From: Methanocellales archaeon
Lineage (GTDB): Archaea; Halobacteriota; JAWCLZ01
Assembly: GCA_038850285.1 (NCBI GenBank)
Contig: JAWCMA010000002.1
Span: 110,548-146,448, forward strand
Length of the DNA stretch: 35,901 nucleotides
Direction: 5' to 3'
Shown here: piece after piece, positions 35,445 to 35,901 of the stretch
Layout: every line of letters starts with the position of its first letter
Position numbering within the stretch: position 1 is the first letter of the stretch
Made by a program: the position numbers and the translations under genes
The notes under the pieces: generated by a model
What the model was told of the DNA's origin: nothing
Seen by the model: only the letters and a program-made list of their open reading frames with translations
Database searches by the model: none

Positions 35445-35870
35445 ATGGCTAAAGATAAATTAGAACGCATTGGAGTTTCCCTACCCGCTAATTTACTCAA
35501 GCGCTTTGACGATATCATTGCAAAGCGCGGGTATTCCTCGAGATCCGAGGGCATAAGGGATGCTATTCGCAACTATATCATTGACTATGAATGGATGCGC
35601 GAGGAAAAAGGCGAGAAAGTTGGAATCATAACTTTGATCTACGATCATCATCAACGCGGGCTAGTGAATGCTCTTTTAGAAATGGAGCATGAATATACTG
35701 AACTCATTGAAAGCTCGCTTCATAAACATTTAGATGAAGAAAACTGCCTTGAGGTAATAGTAGTACGGGGAGATGCCGAGAAGGTTAAAACGCTGAGTGA
35801 GAAAATCATGGCACTGCGGGGAGTTAAACACGTTAAATTAACCACAACCTCGCCTGGGAAAGGATTATAG
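35445..35870 (+). CDS. nikR: Nickel-responsive transcriptional regulator
   Basis: RIGVSLP..SRSEGIRDAIR (RHH domain); YDHH and HKHLD...CLE. Confidence 0.95.
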   Translation: MAKDKLERIGVSLPANLLKRFDDIIAKRGYSSRSEGIRDAIRNYIIDYEWMREEKGEKVGIITLIYDHHQRGLVNALLEMEHEYTELIESSLHKHLDEENCLEVIVVRGDAEKVKTLSEKIMALRGVKHVKLTTTSPGKGL

Positions 35871-35901
35871 CTATGCTTGAGAAGCCAGAGTTACTTGCTC
35901 C

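Noticed and set aside
1-35901. CRISPR array, IS/transposase, integrase, intein or rRNA
   Set aside because: No regularly spaced 25-45 bp repeats and no mobile-element motifs seen; nrdJ is uninterrupted.

Overview
Core-chromosome segment of an anaerobic archaeon, probably a methanogen-related Halobacteriota lineage (mtd, hdrDE-like pair, rps8e, tbp, rpoL, csl4, MsvR-like regulator). It is gene-dense, and I found no transposase, integrase or CRISPR array. It contains housekeeping genes, a tRNA-Arg(TCG) flanked by orphan and Cys-rich genes, a five-gene class III signal peptide (pilin-like) operon, and redox/carbon genes (aor, gapN, pgi, nrdJ). Best leads: (1) an MsvR-type regulator with an inserted MEDS sensor domain, with two TTCG-N8-CGAA boxes in the promoter it shares with a divergent DUF59/UPF0058/gapN/orphan/nrdJ block; (2) an intact HisB paralogue missing half its metal ligands, within an hdrE-hdrD-hisB*-DUF169-MFS-nikR run; (3) a ~200-nt intergenic element with nested stems whose G-U wobbles all favour the + strand (candidate ncRNA); (4) a probable ATT start for signal peptidase I; (5) an internally deleted M48 protease pseudogene and small ORFs missed by the ORF track. 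All family calls come from motif recognition by eye; no database search or folding program was run.
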